Source of the DNA: an uncultured Aquificales bacterium
GTDB lineage: Bacteria > Thermosulfidibacterota > Thermosulfidibacteria > Thermosulfidibacterales > Thermosulfidibacteraceae
Reading direction: 5' to 3'
DNA: 31,103 bases
Assembly: GCA_964453345.1 (NCBI GenBank)
Contig: CAYVOC010000018.1
Span: 1-31,103 of the forward strand
Shown: piece by piece, positions 16,433 through 26,370 of the stretch
Numbering within the stretch: the first letter of the stretch is position 1
How the letters are laid out: the number at the start of each line of letters is the position of its first letter
Made by a program: the position numbers and the translations under genes
Notes under the pieces: generated by a model
Databases searched by the model: none
Told to the model about the DNA's origin: nothing
What the model saw: the letters and a program-made list of their open reading frames with translations, nothing else

Positions 16433-19400
16433 CAAAGGTAACAGCAATCTTGGGGGCAATCCTTGCAGCCCTTGCCGTATCTCTGCTCATCTTTATCAAC
16501 CCCATTATAAACTCAAGCGCCTTCAAGAAACTTCTCAACTCTTATCTCAAATCCAGGGGCGTAAGGATAGAATACAGCAGCGCAAGGGCGGATGCCCTCC
16601 ACGGAAGCCTTACTGTCAGGGGACTGAAGCTAAGGGTAAAGGATAACATCAGAGCCGGCATATCCAGCATAGCCGCCACAAACCTCTACCACAGGGAAAA
16701 GCTCCTTGTGTCCGTATCCGACGGCACCGTTGATCTGAAGATCGCCAGAAAATCCGGCAAAGGCAAGAAGAGACTCGCAATCCCCCCGCTTCCGAGAATA
16801 GAGATCGAAAACCTCAGGATCAACCTCAACGGAACCCCCATCCTCGTGGAAAGCCTGGAAGCCAGGGGAGCAGAAAGGGGGCGGTTCATTCTCTCATGCC
16901 CCGACACCCTGAGGATAAAGGGGAGCGCCTACAGAACCCAGAGCGGAGTGAAAGTGGAGATAGACGAGCTACGGGCAGATTCCCTCAAACTGGGAAGGCT
17001 CCTCTCCTCCTTAGGGGTGAGAACCAAACTTCCCCTCCTGAAAAGGAGGGTCAAGGTCCGCCTGGAAAAGGCCCTCCTTTACGTGGGCTTCTCCCCCTTC
17101 GCCGTAAAAGCCACCCTTTCGGGACCCATAACCCTCAAAACGGATAAAAGAACCTTCTCCATCAACCGGAGCTTCCTGAAGGCAACAACAGAAATCACCT
17201 ACGCAAAAAGGAGGCTGAGCATCGACATAACCGGAGTCCACGGAAGCTTCAACGAAATAAAGGGGATCATAGCCCTCTTCAGCAGAGCGAGGGTCCTCGA
17301 AGGGCAGATCTACCCGATGGTGAAAAACGCCCTCATAAAGGATGGCAGCGTTCATCTGAAGCTGCATCCCACAAGGGTGAATCTGAGAATCAGGGTTGAA
17401 AACGGCGTGATCAACATTCCCCACACAAGGCTTACGGCGAAGGGTGTTGCGGCCGACATCACGTTCAAGGACCGCAACCTGAAGATACTGCTTTCACAGG
17501 CGGAGGTTAAGGGGCTGCGGGTTGAGGGGGGCAAAATCAGGGCGGACCTGAAAAAGCCCGTAGAAATAGCCATAACCGCAAAGATCAAGGGGAAAGCCCC
17601 CGATCTATACCCCGTTATAAAGGGGCTTCCGCTTCCGGAAAAGACCCTCAAAGAGATAGGCAAACATAGATTGCTGTCGGGCAGCATAACGGCCCTGCTT
17701 TCCGTGAGGATAAAGGGCAAAAAGATACAGGTAACAGTGGATTCCGAGATCCTTGCCGCAAGAATCAGGGAACCTCTGATAGGAGAAGAGATACAGGCCC
17801 AAAGGATCCGGTTGCATCTTAAGCAGCCAGAACTTGTGGTAAGGCTGACTAACCTTAAGGGAAAAACCCTCAAGGCCACATGGGCTAAGGTGGAGATACT
17901 TCCGCATCTGATGGGCTTCAGCCTCAAAGGGGCATCTGTGGATCTAAGCAAAAACAGATCTCCCCTTTTAAGGAAGTGGATAAAGAGGGCGCAGATAGAA
18001 GACCTTACCGGTGTGGCCAAGATCACCAGCCTCCGGATGGAAATAAAGGGGAAGGAAATCCACCGGCTGCGCTCGAACCTCCGGCTTAAGGGAATAGGCT
18101 TCCTGATGCACCACAGGGGAACAAAGATGAAACTTTTCGTCCCCTCCTCAAGGATCGAGGTTAGCTGGCCCACTGTGAGGGTGCTGAACGCCAATCTATC
18201 AGTAAACAAAGAGACAAAAATCCACCTTGAAGAGGCAAGGCTGGATCTGCAAAAAGAACTGCTCTACCTCAGCGCCTCGTCCAGAAGCATCAATTCCCTT
18301 TTAAATCTGGCCCAAAAACTTTCCCACAAAAGCATCCCCGTGAAGGTTTCGGATGCAGCGGTGCTCAGCATCGAGGCGCTCATAAACCTAAAAAGCAAGG
18401 GCATAACCGTAAAAAAGCTCACCATAGGCAACGGCCCTGTGAGCATTGTGATTTCCTCCCGCATAGAAGGGGAGAATCTTTCCGCCAGCTGCACTATAAA
18501 AGATAAAAAAAGCATGCATCTGAAGCTGCAGAAGAACAGGGAAGGCCTTACCCTGAAAGCCAGAGGAACCTTGGATACAAAGGGGCTTCTGTCCCTCCTC
18601 AAACCCGCAGATGAGGAACTTCCCCTTCCGGGATCCGGTCTCGTAACCGCCTCCTGCTACCTCAAGCTCAACCCGAAACAACCCCAGGGCTTCGGGAGCA
18701 TAGCCCTGAACAACCTGAAATTCCGCAAAAGCACCATCAACGGGGTTCTGCACTTAGAGGGAAGCAGGGCCTGGACGGAAAACCTGATGGTGGAGGCGCC
18801 GGAGGGCAGCTCAAGAATCTCCGGAAAGGCATACCTCAACAACAAAACCCTGCAGTTCTTCCTCTCGGCCAGGGGAAAGTATCTGAACCTGAACGAGTTC
18901 CAGCCCAAAACCGGCAACAAGGAGACAAAGCCTCCCCTAAAGCTTCAGGGCAGGATAGTCTTCGCATTCGACGCAGTGGACTACAAAGACTGGAGAATTA
19001 AAGAGGCTGCGGGAAACATAATCATCGATCAGCCCAAGGATCTGCTGAAGGCCAGGATTGAAAAGGCCCAGATATGCGGATTCAGCGTGGAGGCAACCTA
19101 CCAGAAACAGGGGGAAAAACAGTTCCTCACCGCAAAATCAAAGGGGAAAAACACCTTCTCCAATCTCTTCAAGTGTCTTCTGCACAAAAGGGACATCGTG
19201 ATAACCGGAAACTTCACCTACAAGGTGGAGGCGGAATCCAAAGGGAAGGATCTGGTAAAGGGGCTCTCCGGAGACATTCAACTGGTGTCGAAAAACGGCC
19301 GCATATACAAGATGGGGCTGCTCATGAAGATCCTGCAAACCTTAAGCATAGCCAACATACTCACCCTGAACCTGCCCAACTTCAAACAGAAGGGATTCCC

Positions 19401-19773
19401 ATACAGGGAACTCGTTTTAAGGGCCAGGCTCAGCAAGGGGAAGGTGAGCATCTCCGACTCCTACCTCTCAAGTCCGGCGGTGAAGCTCGTCCCCTACGGG
19501 GAGATAGACCTGACAAAAAAGAGGATGAACATGATCGTTCTTGCAGCACCCTTCACCACTGTGGATAAGATACTGTCCAGCATTCCCATCATAGGCAGGA
19601 TACTGACAGGCAAATCAAAAACCTTCATCTCCTTCCCCCTCAAGGTGGAAGGAAAACTCAAAAATCCCTCCGTCATACCCCTGCCCCCCTCCGCCATCTC
19701 CAAGGGAGTATTCGGCATAATAAAAAGAACCTTCGAAACCCCCACAAAAATACTCAAGCCAAAACCCCAATAA
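16417..19773 (+). CDS. AsmA-like (YhdP/TamB clan) envelope protein
   Basis: Single N-terminal TM anchor, long beta-rich body, and an AsmA-type C-terminus (GEIDL...APFTTVDKILSSIPIIGRILTG...LKVEGKLKNPSV). ATG at 16417 preferred over GTG at 16393. Confidence 0.82.
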   Translation: MLGRIAKVTAILGAILAALAVSLLIFINPIINSSAFKKLLNSYLKSRGVRIEYSSARADALHGSLTVRGLKLRVKDNIRAGISSIAATNLYHREKLLVSVSDGTVDLKIARKSGKGKKRLAIPPLPRIEIENLRINLNGTPILVESLEARGAERGRFILSCPDTLRIKGSAYRTQSGVKVEIDELRADSLKLGRLLSSLGVRTKLPLLKRRVKVRLEKALLYVGFSPFAVKATLSGPITLKTDKRTFSINRSFLKATTEITYAKRRLSIDITGVHGSFNEIKGIIALFSRARVLEGQIYPMVKNALIKDGSVHLKLHPTRVNLRIRVENGVINIPHTRLTAKGVAADITFKDRNLKILLSQAEVKGLRVEGGKIRADLKKPVEIAITAKIKGKAPDLYPVIKGLPLPEKTLKEIGKHRLLSGSITALLSVRIKGKKIQVTVDSEILAARIREPLIGEEIQAQRIRLHLKQPELVVRLTNLKGKTLKATWAKVEILPHLMGFSLKGASVDLSKNRSPLLRKWIKRAQIEDLTGVAKITSLRMEIKGKEIHRLRSNLRLKGIGFLMHHRGTKMKLFVPSSRIEVSWPTVRVLNANLSVNKETKIHLEEARLDLQKELLYLSASSRSINSLLNLAQKLSHKSIPVKVSDAAVLSIEALINLKSKGITVKKLTIGNGPVSIVISSRIEGENLSASCTIKDKKSMHLKLQKNREGLTLKARGTLDTKGLLSLLKPADEELPLPGSGLVTASCYLKLNPKQPQGFGSIALNNLKFRKSTINGVLHLEGSRAWTENLMVEAPEGSSRISGKAYLNNKTLQFFLSARGKYLNLNEFQPKTGNKETKPPLKLQGRIVFAFDAVDYKDWRIKEAAGNIIIDQPKDLLKARIEKAQICGFSVEATYQKQGEKQFLTAKSKGKNTFSNLFKCLLHKRDIVITGNFTYKVEAESKGKDLVKGLSGDIQLVSKNGRIYKMGLLMKILQTLSIANILTLNLPNFKQKGFPYRELVLRARLSKGKVSISDSYLSSPAVKLVPYGEIDLTKKRMNMIVLAAPFTTVDKILSSIPIIGRILTGKSKTFISFPLKVEGKLKNPSVIPLPPSAISKGVFGIIKRTFETPTKILKPKPQ

Positions 19774-19777
19774 CCGT

Positions 19778-19805
19778 TTGCAACCGGATTTAAAAGGAGT
19801 AAAAT
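19778..19805 (+). promoter_or_regulatory. Candidate promoter for the NAD-GDH gene
   Basis: TTGCAA-N16-TAAAAT in a 63-nt AT-rich gap. GGAGGT RBS before ATG 19837. Confidence 0.45.
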
Positions 19806-19836
19806 ATTTGCAAGACATATAACCTGGAGGTATCCC

Positions 19837-22800
19837 ATGGCGATGGAAAAGGTGTTTACAGAAAGGTTCCTCTACAGCGCCCCCAAAAGTTATCTTGCGG
19901 CCCTTGGCAAGGAGGCCTTTGAGGCAAGGGCAAGGGCCGTGTGGGATCTGTTCAAGGAGAGGGGCGAGAGAATAAAGATCGAGCTTATCAAGAACAAAGA
20001 CTTCGTGGGCTTTTTCATCAACCTGAAGGAGCAGCCCTTCATAATCGACACCATAGACCTGATTCTTAAAAGGGAACAGCTCGCCTACAGGGCCATAATC
20101 CATCCGTCTTTGAGCGTGGAAAGGGACTCCAAGGGCAGGATAAAGGCCATAGATAGAGGCGAAAGAGAGATTCTGGTGTTTGTAGAACTCTACCCTGAAA
20201 CCCCGGAGGATAGGATAAACCAGGTCCTTGAAAGGATAAGGACCGTTTTGCCCATGGTTCAGGCCATGGTGGACGACTTCCTCACCATGAGAAAGAAGGT
20301 GAGGGACGCCATAAACGATGTAGAATTTCTGGCCGAGCTGGGAAGTCTGGAGGAAGAGGACGCCGGGGAATTTTCGGACTTCCTCGACTGGCTTATAGAC
20401 GATAACTTCGTCTTCTGCGCATACGGAGAGGTGAAAAACGGCAAAGTAGAGAACGGCAAGGGGATCCTCCGCAGAGAATTTGAAGGGAGATTCCTGCTGG
20501 ATGTGGGCGAGATCATCTCCCTGCTGAAGGAGAAAGAGGAATTTGTTGTGGTTGAGAAGCTCTCAGCGGACTCCATCATCCACAGAACGGGGAAGATCGA
20601 TCTTGTAGCCTGCAAACTCACAGGGGAGGACGGCAAAATCATAGGCTGGCGCTTCTGGATAGGCCTGTGGGCCAAGAAGGCCATAAGCACCAAGGGAAGC
20701 GATGTTCCCCTGCTCAGGAAGAAGCTTGCAAAGATTCTGGCCAAAAGGCAGACGGTTTTCGGAAGCCACGAGTATAAGAAGATCGTGGAGGTGTTCAACG
20801 CCATACCCGTTGAGGAGCTGTTCACATCAACCGTGGAGGAGATCGAGGAGGTCATCGACACCATCTTCAGAATGGGGACCGAACCCACCTTGGATGTGAT
20901 AGTGAGGGAGAAGGGCAAGGGCATAACCTCCGTTCTGGTTATAATCCCCGAAAGCAGATTCTCCATGAACATCGCCGACAAGCTCAAAAGCTTCCTCATA
21001 GAACGCTTCCAGTCCGACTACGCCGACATGCGATTCTCCATATACGAAGGAATCATCGCCCTCATCTACTTCTTCCTGACCCCCAAGACCCCGGAGAAGG
21101 TGGATCCCTCGGAACTGAAAAGAGAAATAGAAAGCATAACCGCCGAATGGGAGGATCTATTCAGAGAGGAACTCAAAAAGCAGCTCAAAGGGGAATGGGA
21201 AACGGTATTCTTCAAGTTTGTCCCCTCTCTCCCGGAGGACTACAAGGCATCGGTCTCTCCTTCGGAGGCGGTCAGGGATGTGCTCTACATAAAGGATCTC
21301 TCACCCCAGCAGCCCTTCCGGGTGATCCTGGGAGAAGAGAAGGAATTCAGCACCGTAAAGATCTACAGCCTCTTCGAATGGAAGCTTTCGGACGCCGTGC
21401 CGGTCCTTGAAAACTTCTACCTAACCATATGGGACGAGAAGCCCTTCAAGATCACCCTGCCCACAGGGGAGCAGGTCTACATCCACACCTACAGGGTTCT
21501 CACCAAAAACGGTGAAAAGATCCCCGAGGAATCCTACGACAGACTTGCAGAGGCCATAACGGCTGTTGTGGAAAGAAGGGTCGAATCGGATCCCTTAAAC
21601 AACCTCATACTTCTCGCCGGTCTCGACTGGAAGGCCACAGACATCCTCAGGACCTACAGAAACTACATCAGACAGATCGTCCCATCCATAGCCTTCTCAA
21701 CCGCCTACAGCGCCTTCAGAAACTATCCGCACATAACCAGAATACTCTGGGAATACTTTGACACCAAGTTCAACCCCGCGCTGGACTTAGATACCGAGGA
21801 GAGGGAGAAAAAGCTCAAGGAGATCGAAGAGAAATTCTTCGAAAGCCTCAACGATGTCAGCAGCATAGCAGAGGACAAGGTATTCAGAACCTACTTCAAC
21901 GCCATACAGAGCACCATAAGAACCAACTTCTACAGGACGGATAAGGTATCCCATTACATCTCCATCAAGATAGACTGCAAGAGGATCCTCGAGATGCCCC
22001 TTCCCAGACCCATGTATGAGGTCTACGTGCACGAATACGGAATGGAAGGGGTGCACCTCAGGGGTGGAAAGATAGCGAGGGGTGGAATCCGCTGGAGCGA
22101 CAGGCCCGACGACTTCAGAACGGAGATCCTGGGCCTCATGAAAACCCAGATGGTGAAAAACTCCATCATCGTTCCCACAGGCGCCAAGGGCGGCTTCATA
22201 ATAAAGCTCCGCTACTACAACCCCAAGGACAGGGCCGAGCTTGAAAGGCTGGTGAAGGAGAAATACACCTTCCTGATCAGGGGCCTCCTCGATGTCACAG
22301 ACAACATCGTGGAGGGCAGGGTGGTCCATCCACCCCAGGTGGTCAGATACGACGATGACGATCCCTATCTGGTCGTGGCAGCCGACAAGGGAACCGCAAA
22401 GCTGTCGGATGTGGCGAACGCCATAGCCAAGGAATACAACTTCTGGCTGGACGACGCCTTCGCCTCCGGCGGCTCCACCGGATATGACCACAAAAAGATG
22501 GGGGTCACCGCCAAGGGTGCATGGGTTTGCGTCAGAAGACACTTCATGGAGATGGGAATAGATCCGGAGAAGGACGTGATAAGGGTTGTGGGCATAGGAG
22601 ACATGTCCGGAGATGTCTTCGGGAACGGAATGCTTCTATCCAGAACCATCAAGCTCATAGCGGCCTTCAACCACAGGGTCATATTCATAGACCCCGATCC
22701 CGATCCGGAAACCTCCTACAACGAAAGACTGAGGCTGTTTAAGGAGGCGAAGGACTGGGATCACTACAACCCCAAACTCATAAGCAAGGGGGGAGGCGTA

Positions 22801-24462
22801 TACAGGAGGGATGCCAAAAGGATCGTCCTATCCGATGAGGCAAGGAAGGCCTTGGGAACCGACAAGAAGGAAGTCTCAGGTGAAGAGCTTATAAAGATCA
22901 TACTAAGGGCGCCGGTGGATCTCCTCTGGAACGGTGGCATAGGAACCTATGTGAAGGCGTCATACGAAACCCACGAGGAGGTGGGAGATCCCCCCAACGA
23001 TAACGTCAGGGTGAACGCCAACGAACTCAGGGTGAAGGTGGTGGGAGAGGGAGGTAACCTCGGCTTCACCCAGAAGGCAAGGGTGGAGTATGCCTCTCTT
23101 GGCGGCAGAATAAACATGGACGCCCTGGACAACTCCGGTGGCGTGGACACATCGGACCACGAGGTTAACCTGAAGATCCTGCTTTCCGCACCCGTCAAGG
23201 AGGGCAAGCTGACCCTTGAGGAGAGGAACAAACTCATCTTCGACATAGCGGACGAGGTTTTGCAGAATGTTATGAGAAACAACTACACCCAGAGCCTGGC
23301 GGTGAGCCTGGATGTTATCAGAAGCAAAAGAAGCCTCGATCCCTTCGAATACGCAATGGACCGCCTGATAGAGGACGGGCTGATTGACACAAGGGAGATA
23401 TTCCTCCCCTCCAAGAGGGAACTCGCCCTGAGAAGGGAAAAGGGAGAGGGCCTATACAGACCAGAGCTGGCCCTGCTCATAGGATTCCAGAAGAGATGGG
23501 TGAAGGATCAGATGAGGGGATCTTCCCTCCTCAAGGCGGAATACATGGAGGGATTCCTATACGACTACTTCCCCAAAACCATCAGGGAAAGGTTCGCCGA
23601 TTACATAGGCAAACACCCCTTGAAGGAGGAGATCATACTGACCTACACCACCAACTACATTGTGGATCAGGCAGGCGTCTCCTTCTATCACAGGGTGGAA
23701 AGGGAGAACAACGCCGGGGTTGTGGAGACCACGGCCTCCTACATAATGATGGACGGCGTGCTCGGCGCCAAGGAGCTGAGGAAGAGAATCTACGATCTGG
23801 ACTTCAAGGTGCCGGCAGACACCCAGTATCAGGCCCTCCTCGACATAGAGGAGACCATAGGGGAACTGGTCAAATGGAGCCACTTCTTCATAGGAGACTG
23901 GCTGCCCCTCACCCCCGTAGTTGAGAAATACAGAAGGGAGGTTGAAAAGCTCAAAGAGACACTTCCAACCATCCTATCCAGCGAGGAGAAGAAGGAGCTT
24001 ATGAAGAGGCTGGACCACTACACGGAAGCAGGGTTCCCCAAGGATCTGGCAAGGGACATCGCCATGATGCCCTTCTTAGCCAACTGCTTGGACATACTGA
24101 CCCTGGCGGAGGCCTTAGACATAGAACCCATGCTGCTTGCAGGCATCTACTACACCATATCCAACAGGTTCCTCATAAACCAGGTGGAAGAAGCGCTTGT
24201 AAAAGACGAAAAGAGGACCCAGTGGGATCACCTTGCCTACAACCACCTCCACAAGGAGCTATACTTCATAAGAAGAAAGCTCGTAAGCAAGTTCGTCTCC
24301 TTCATGAGGAGCAGGCACAGCGACATGGACGCCTTCGCAAATCAGGAGATGAGGATGTGGAAGCCGGTGGAGCAGCTCATAAGGGAAGCGCTGGATCAGA
24401 GGGCATCGGGCGTATCAACCTGGTATGTTATAGTAAACCGGATGAAGGAAGTGATCGTATAG
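19837..24462 (+). CDS. gdhB: Large NAD-specific glutamate dehydrogenase (~180 kDa class)
   Basis: EGVHLRGGKIARGGIRWSDRPDDFRTEILGLMKTQMVKN, YLVVAADKGTA, FASGGSTGYDHK, GIGDMSGDVFGNG, LLWNGGIGT, GEGGNLG, DNSGGVDTSDHEVN. 1541 aa. Confidence 0.97.
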   Translation: MAMEKVFTERFLYSAPKSYLAALGKEAFEARARAVWDLFKERGERIKIELIKNKDFVGFFINLKEQPFIIDTIDLILKREQLAYRAIIHPSLSVERDSKGRIKAIDRGEREILVFVELYPETPEDRINQVLERIRTVLPMVQAMVDDFLTMRKKVRDAINDVEFLAELGSLEEEDAGEFSDFLDWLIDDNFVFCAYGEVKNGKVENGKGILRREFEGRFLLDVGEIISLLKEKEEFVVVEKLSADSIIHRTGKIDLVACKLTGEDGKIIGWRFWIGLWAKKAISTKGSDVPLLRKKLAKILAKRQTVFGSHEYKKIVEVFNAIPVEELFTSTVEEIEEVIDTIFRMGTEPTLDVIVREKGKGITSVLVIIPESRFSMNIADKLKSFLIERFQSDYADMRFSIYEGIIALIYFFLTPKTPEKVDPSELKREIESITAEWEDLFREELKKQLKGEWETVFFKFVPSLPEDYKASVSPSEAVRDVLYIKDLSPQQPFRVILGEEKEFSTVKIYSLFEWKLSDAVPVLENFYLTIWDEKPFKITLPTGEQVYIHTYRVLTKNGEKIPEESYDRLAEAITAVVERRVESDPLNNLILLAGLDWKATDILRTYRNYIRQIVPSIAFSTAYSAFRNYPHITRILWEYFDTKFNPALDLDTEEREKKLKEIEEKFFESLNDVSSIAEDKVFRTYFNAIQSTIRTNFYRTDKVSHYISIKIDCKRILEMPLPRPMYEVYVHEYGMEGVHLRGGKIARGGIRWSDRPDDFRTEILGLMKTQMVKNSIIVPTGAKGGFIIKLRYYNPKDRAELERLVKEKYTFLIRGLLDVTDNIVEGRVVHPPQVVRYDDDDPYLVVAADKGTAKLSDVANAIAKEYNFWLDDAFASGGSTGYDHKKMGVTAKGAWVCVRRHFMEMGIDPEKDVIRVVGIGDMSGDVFGNGMLLSRTIKLIAAFNHRVIFIDPDPDPETSYNERLRLFKEAKDWDHYNPKLISKGGGVYRRDAKRIVLSDEARKALGTDKKEVSGEELIKIILRAPVDLLWNGGIGTYVKASYETHEEVGDPPNDNVRVNANELRVKVVGEGGNLGFTQKARVEYASLGGRINMDALDNSGGVDTSDHEVNLKILLSAPVKEGKLTLEERNKLIFDIADEVLQNVMRNNYTQSLAVSLDVIRSKRSLDPFEYAMDRLIEDGLIDTREIFLPSKRELALRREKGEGLYRPELALLIGFQKRWVKDQMRGSSLLKAEYMEGFLYDYFPKTIRERFADYIGKHPLKEEIILTYTTNYIVDQAGVSFYHRVERENNAGVVETTASYIMMDGVLGAKELRKRIYDLDFKVPADTQYQALLDIEETIGELVKWSHFFIGDWLPLTPVVEKYRREVEKLKETLPTILSSEEKKELMKRLDHYTEAGFPKDLARDIAMMPFLANCLDILTLAEALDIEPMLLAGIYYTISNRFLINQVEEALVKDEKRTQWDHLAYNHLHKELYFIRRKLVSKFVSFMRSRHSDMDAFANQEMRMWKPVEQLIREALDQRASGVSTWYVIVNRMKEVIV

Positions 24463-25614
24463 GTGGATCTGGTTCTATCAACAGAAAGGGGCATAGAGTG
24501 GCTGCTTGAGGAAGAACTGAAGGGGGCCGGACACAAAACGGCCCCCTTCCCCTTTCTGGGCAGGGTAAGGGTTGCAGATCTTACAGAAAGGCAGATCCTG
24601 AAGATCCTCTACACCAACCCCCTATACCACAAGGCCTACATCCTCTTCGAAGAAGTGAAACTGGAGAAACACAGGAGGGATCTGGATACAGTCTACTGGG
24701 CGGCAAGAAACAGCCCCATCATCGATCTCCTGTCCCCCAGCCTATCCTTCGGGGTGAAGTGCAACCGCAAAGGGCACCACCCCTACCAATCCCAGGAGAT
24801 AGCCTCCTACATAGGGGCGGGCATCATCGACGGATGCAGAACCAAAAGGGGATTCAGACCCAAGGTAAACTTAAAGGATCCGGATCTGCTTGTGGCCGCC
24901 GATGCCTTTGAAAAACTATACATGGGCGTTGAGCTTGTGGGGCTCGAAGGGATGCACCACAGGGGCTGGAGGATATACAACCACCCTGCAGCCCTGAAAA
25001 GCACCCTCGCCAACGCCCTTATACGCCTGTCGGGATACGGCGACGGCATGTGCCTGTGGGATCCCATGTGCGGATCGGGCACCATCCCCATAGAAGCCGC
25101 CCACAGGCAGATAGGTTTGGCACCGGCCTTCTTCAGGAAGAAGGATTTTCTATTTTTAAGATCCCATATTCTGAGCAGAGAACTCTGGTCTGAAATCACC
25201 CATCAGACAGACGAGGAAATCAACTGGCACAAGGGATGCTGCATCTTCGGATCGGACAGATCCGAAAAACACATAAAAGGCGCCCTGATCAATGCAGAAT
25301 CCGCTCTGGTTGAAAGAAAGATCCGTTTTTACACCTGCAGCCTCTCCGAGTTCCCGGATGTCCAGAACATCGACACAATCGTCTGCAACCCGCCCTACGG
25401 AATAAGGATGGGCAACCCCAAAAGCGCCCTCAAAAGCTTAAAAGAGCTGTTCATCACCTTTGCAGAATCAAAGGCGCAGGTCCTTGTGATGATCCATCCC
25501 CGGGCGGAGCAGGTGCAGGCGGTTGCTGAAACAACAGGATCTCATCTTGACAAACTGATAAAGGCCTATAATGGTAATGTTGAAGCTTTCATCATGCGAT
25601 TTGTAAAAACTTAA
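24463..25614 (+). CDS. THUMP-domain RNA (guanine-N2) methyltransferase, Trm14/TrmN/RlmL family
   Basis: THUMP region (SFGVKCNRKGHH...VNLKDPD), HHRGWRIYNHPAALK, SAM motif WDPMCGSGTIPIEAA, catalytic NPPY. GTG start abuts the GDH stop. Confidence 0.9.
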   Translation: MDLVLSTERGIEWLLEEELKGAGHKTAPFPFLGRVRVADLTERQILKILYTNPLYHKAYILFEEVKLEKHRRDLDTVYWAARNSPIIDLLSPSLSFGVKCNRKGHHPYQSQEIASYIGAGIIDGCRTKRGFRPKVNLKDPDLLVAADAFEKLYMGVELVGLEGMHHRGWRIYNHPAALKSTLANALIRLSGYGDGMCLWDPMCGSGTIPIEAAHRQIGLAPAFFRKKDFLFLRSHILSRELWSEITHQTDEEINWHKGCCIFGSDRSEKHIKGALINAESALVERKIRFYTCSLSEFPDVQNIDTIVCNPPYGIRMGNPKSALKSLKELFITFAESKAQVLVMIHPRAEQVQAVAETTGSHLDKLIKAYNGNVEAFIMRFVKT

Positions 25615-25629
25615 CTCCGGAGGTTTCCC

Positions 25630-26370
25630 GTGGCTGGCCACTCCAAGTGGGCAAACATAAAGCACAAAAAGGCCAGAGAAGACGCAAGAAGGGGCAAAAT
25701 CTTCACCAAGGTGGCAAGAGAAATCATCGTTGCAGCAAGGCTCGGGGGAGGAGATCCCGACAGCAACCCCAGACTCAGAAGGGCCATACAGCTGGCCAAA
25801 TCCGTAAACATGCCCAAGGAGAACATCGAAAGGGCCATCAAGAGGGGTTTGGGAGAGCTGCCGGGTGAAACCTACGAAGAGGTGATATACGAGGGCTACG
25901 GTCCGGGAGGCGTGGCAATACTCATCGAGGCCATAACCGACAACAGGAACAGAACCGTATCGGAGATAAGAACCATATTCTCAAGGCACGGAGGCAGCTT
26001 GGGAGAGGCGGGATGCGTCGCCTGGATGTTTGAAAGAAAGGGGGTAATAACCGTCGAAGGGGTGGATGAGGAGACCCTTATGGAGGTTGCCATAGAGGCG
26101 GGAGCCGAGGACGTGAAGGAGGAAGAGGGGGTTTTCCAGGTCATAACCGCCCCGGAGGATCTCGAGGAGGTCAGGGAAAGGCTTGAATCAGGTGGAATAA
26201 GCGTGAAGGAGGCACAGCTGACCTACATCCCCCAGAGCACCGTCAGGGTCGAGGGGGAAAAGGCGGAGAAGCTGATAAAGCTTCTGGATGCCCTGGAAAA
26301 GCACGACGATGTGCAGCACATCTACTCCAACTTTGATGTGCCAGAAGAGATCCTTGCGAGCATATCTTAA
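25630..26370 (+). CDS. yebC: YebC/PmpR/TACO1 family protein
   Basis: [46 protein letters not shown] start with GGAGGT RBS. Confidence 0.99.
   Translation: MAGHSKWANIKHKKAREDARRGKIFTKVAREIIVAARLGGGDPDSNPRLRRAIQLAKSVNMPKENIERAIKRGLGELPGETYEEVIYEGYGPGGVAILIEAITDNRNRTVSEIRTIFSRHGGSLGEAGCVAWMFERKGVITVEGVDEETLMEVAIEAGAEDVKEEEGVFQVITAPEDLEEVRERLESGGISVKEAQLTYIPQSTVRVEGEKAEKLIKLLDALEKHDDVQHIYSNFDVPEEILASIS

Noticed and set aside
19824..19839. Similar RBS contexts GGAGGTATCCC (GDH) and GGAGGTTTCCC (yebC) as possible RNA thermometers
   Set aside because: Only 3-4 bp of pairing is possible, and the similarity is explained by the shared Shine-Dalgarno core.
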